Below, in pieces: positions 60,901 through 64,000 of a stretch of DNA of 64,000 nt. Positions within the stretch are counted from its first letter, which is position 1. Each line of letters begins with the position of its first letter. The DNA comes from Scenedesmus sp. PABB004. Taxonomy: Eukaryota. The notes below the pieces were generated by a model. It saw only the letters and a program-made list of their open reading frames with translations, made no database searches and was not told where the DNA came from. A program made the translations under genes and the position numbers. The stretch spans positions 1,240,001 through 1,304,000 of the forward strand of contig JABVCE010000008.1 of NCBI GenBank assembly GCA_014905635.1, in the 5' to 3' direction.

Positions 60901-62242
60901 AGAACAACCGCGCCTTCAGCCTCATCAGCGAGGTCCCCAACTCCAGCCCCATGAAGCGCTCCAAGATGTGGATCGGTGCACGCACTGCGGCGCTGCGCCG
61001 CGCGCCGCCGCTGCCGCGACGCTGCCGCGCCGCCCGCGCCGGCGCCCCCCGCCGGCGCCCGCCGCCGACGCGCCCCTTCCGCCGCCGCCCCGCGCGCGCA
61101 GCCCTGGCGCTGACCGTGGCGATGGTGACCACCCAGATCGTCGGCGGCGCCGTCGGCAAAGAGTGTGAGCCGCCCGCGCTCGCCTGCACGCCCGCGCGCG
61201 CCCGCGCGTGCCTGCGCGCCCGCGCGCGCGTGCGCGCTGCTCAGGCCCGGCCAGCTCACCTCCGCCCCCGCCGCCGCGTCCGCCGCCGGCGCGCGCAGTC
61301 ATCCACCTGTGGCCGTGCGCGATGCTGACGGCGGGGCTGATGCTCGCGTTCAAGTGCCTCTCCGCCGACCAGGCGCGCTCCGCGGTGGAGTGGGAGGTGT
61401 ACGTGTGCATCGCCTTTGCCTTTGCCGTCTCGACCGCCATGGAGAAGACCAAGCTCGCGCTCGCCATCGCCGAGCTCTTCGTCGCCCTCGGTGCGCGCGC
61501 GCGCGCCCGCGGCCCCGCGCGACCGCCACGCGCCGCGCGCCCGCCGCCCAGCGCGCCGCGCGACCGCCGCGCGCCCAGCGCCCGCTGCCGCGCGGCCGCC
61601 TCGCTCACCCCCGCGCCCCCGCGCCGTCCGCGCGCAGGCCGCGCGATCGGCGGGCAGGCCGCCGCGCTCGCGTGCGTGTACCTGGTGACCGCGCTGCTGA
61701 GCGAGCTGCTGACCAACAACGCCGCCGCGGCGATCATGTACCCCATCGCCTCGGCGGCGGCCGACCAGCTCGGCATCGGCGCCAACATCATGAGCGTCGC
61801 CGTCATGCTCGGCGGCAGCGCGGGCTGGATCCTCCCGTACTCCTACCAGTGCAACCTCATGGTCTACGCGGCCGGCAAGTACCGCACCAAGGACTTTGTC
61901 AAGATCGGGACGCCCTTCCACGTGTGGCTCTTTGTCGGCGTCATCCTCATCCTCGGCAGCGGCGACCGCTGGCTGATCCCGGTCATCGCGAGCCTCGCGT
62001 TCACCGCCGCCGTCATCGCCGGCCCCGCGCTGTACGAGTACGCGCTCAGCGACCGCCAGAAGGCCGCCATCGCGGCGCGCCTCTCGCGCGGCGGTGGCGG
62101 CCGCAGCGGCGCCGGCGCGCGGCCGAAGCTCGCCAAGACGAGCGGCAGCGACCTCGGCAGCCTCGGCGTGCCCGCCGACGAGTTCAAGTCCACGGGCGCC
62201 AAGTACGACGGCATCGCCACGCCCGCCAGCCTCGGCCGCTGA
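57911..62242 (+). CDS. SLT: SAC1-like Na+/sulfate cotransporter (SLC13 family with TrkA-C domains)
   Basis: [53 protein letters not shown], several TrkA-C repeats, [40 protein letters not shown]. Confidence 0.93.
59814..59957 (+). repeat. (GCCGCGCCGCAG)x12 perfect tandem repeat within SLT intron 59794-60038
   Basis: Read directly. Confidence 0.95.
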
Positions 62243-62562
62243 AGGCAGAACCCAGACCCCCCCTCCCCCTGGCAGCGGGGGCAGATGCACCGTCGTGAGA
62301 GGCGCCGCGTCGCCTGACGCGCGCGCGAGGAAATTCAACCCACCATTTCAGCGCCGACTTTGTGGCCTGCTGTGCCCGGCGCGCACGTGTGCTAGTAGCT
62401 TCCAACCCATGCGCCGCTCCTGCTGCGGTTGCTCCGAGCGGCGGCGCGCAAGTCGCGCGACTGAGGTCGCGCGTGACTGTCGAGGAACCCTACCGTGCAT
62501 CCCGCTTGAAACCGCTACCACTGCTGCCCACCACCCCGCACACCACAGCCCCGGAGTCAGGC

Positions 62563-63138
62563 CGCGCCGACAGGCGGCAGCACACACACGCGCTGCACGC
62601 GCCGCGCCAGCCACCGCCGCCAGCGCGGCGCGATGGCCGCCGCGCTCGCTGAGGCGCGCCTGGCCCGCGCGCTGGCGCCTGGTGTGACCCACCCGACGAG
62701 CAGCCTGTCGCGGCCCGCTCAGCCGCAGCCCGTCCCCTGGCGCGGCGGGAGCAGCAGCAGCAGCAGCGGCGGGCTGCGGCGCGGGCGCAGCGCGCGCTCG
62801 AGCGTCTACAACGACCCGCAGGTGGGGAGACCGCGAGGCGTGAAGCGTGCAGCACGCCACCGCCGAGCGGGCCCTCACAGCCCCGCGGCCGGCCGCCGCC
62901 CCCGCAGGTCGCGCCGCCGCCGCCGCCGCCTCCGCCGCCGCCGCCCCCGCCGCCGCCGCAGCAGCAGCAGGTGCGGGCGCTGCCTCCTCGCCGCGCGCGG
63001 CCCAGCGGCCGCAGCGGCCATGCCCAGCGCCGCTCGCGCCGCTCGCGCCGCTCGCCCCCACCCACACCAGGGCCGCCGCAGCGTGCTGCTGTACGCCGGC
63101 GGCGCGGCCGCCGCGGTCGCGGGCGCCGCCGCGCTGCT
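62563..63138. repeat. Inverted duplication 2, arm B
   Basis: Reverse complement of 49958-50509. Confidence 0.92.
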
Positions 63139-64000
63139 CGCGGCGCCGTCGGCACGCGCGCACGTCGCCATCGAGCGTGTGCAGCAGCAGCGACCGGCGC
63201 TCCAGAGCCTGCAGTCTGCGACCGCCGGCTTTGACCCGCAGGCGGCCGCCGCGCGGCACGCGCCGCCCGTCCGCGGCGGCGGCGGCGGCGGCCGGCCGCC
63301 GTCGCCGGTCGCGGCTGCGGCCGCGGAGGCGCTCGCGCGGCTGCGCGCCGCGGAGGCCGCGGCCGCGGCGGGGCAGTACGACGCTGCCCTCGCAGCCTAC
63401 TCGGACGTCGTCGCGGCGCACGGCGACCTCGCGCTTGCCGAGTACGCGCGCCTGGGCCGGGCGCTCATGCTGTACGAGGTGCGGCTGCACGCGCGCCTGG
63501 CTGCAGCCGGGCGGGCGGGCGGGCTGCCCCGCGGCGCGCGCGGGGGAGCGGCGCGCGGGCGCGCGCGCGCACGCGGCCCGCGCCGTGAGCGCCCCGCCTC
63601 CGCGTCGCGCGCGCCCCTCGCCTCCCGCGCGCCGTGCAGGCGGGCGACACGAGCCAGGCGCTGATCGCGCTCGAGGACCAGGTGGGGCCCCGCAGCGCGG
63701 CAGCGCCCCGCAGCGGCCAGCGGCGGCAGCGCCCGGCGGCGGCACCACGCGGCGGCCACACCCACGCCGCCGACGCCGCCGCCGCCGCCGCCGCCGGCGC
63801 CGCGCAGGAGGTGAGCATGCGGGGCGCGCCCGAGGTGCACGCGGCGCTCGCGGCGATGCTCTACGCGGAGCGCCCGGGGCAGCGGCTGCGCGCGGAGCAG
63901 CAGTGGGACATCGCGCAGGAGTTTGACGTCAGGTACAGCGACCCTGCGTGGGTTCGCTCCGAGAGGCACTGGCCGCCGCGCCTGCTGGCGGCGCTGGAAG
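62633..64000 (+). CDS. TPR-repeat protein with bipartite twin-Arg thylakoid-lumen-type targeting signal; 3'-partial
   Basis: GRRSVLL + hydrophobic core + APSARA. TPR segments GQYDAALAAYSDVVAAHGDLALAEYARLGRALMLYE and PEVHAALAAMLY. C-terminal [22 protein letters not shown]. Confidence 0.82.

Overview
This is nuclear DNA of a very GC-rich (roughly 75-80% by eye), intron-dense green alga. TGTAA poly(A) signals, TTTAGGG-type repeats, CAO and an SLT transporter point to Chlorophyceae, probably Sphaeropleales (inference). Almost all long ORFs in the six-frame track are GC-bias artefacts, so I rebuilt the real genes by hand-splicing exons. About 16 protein genes are present: ASCC3-type helicase (5' partial), a ribokinase/xylose-isomerase-like fusion, a giant coiled-coil protein, a BTB protein, RabGGTase beta, an RNI/LRR protein, a CUE-FYR-U-box protein, EAPP, CAO, a 2H-like protein, an F-box/LRR protein, two unknown plastid-type proteins, a BASS4-like transporter, an SLT Na+/sulfate transporter and a TPR protein (3' partial). 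There is also one tRNA-Gly(TCC). Most notable: (1) a 5'-truncated L1-type retrotransposon with a perfect 15-bp TSD sits 23 nt downstream of the tRNA and begins with a 49-bp fold-back hairpin, and the tRNA has no nearby terminator; (2) three recent local duplications each copy a gene's promoter/5' end, and one gives two unrelated proteins the same twin-Arg targeting N-terminus; (3) about 40% of ASCC3 introns use GC donors; (4) a head-to-head telomeric insert lies in an intron; (5) SLT contains a synonymous AT-rich codon patch.
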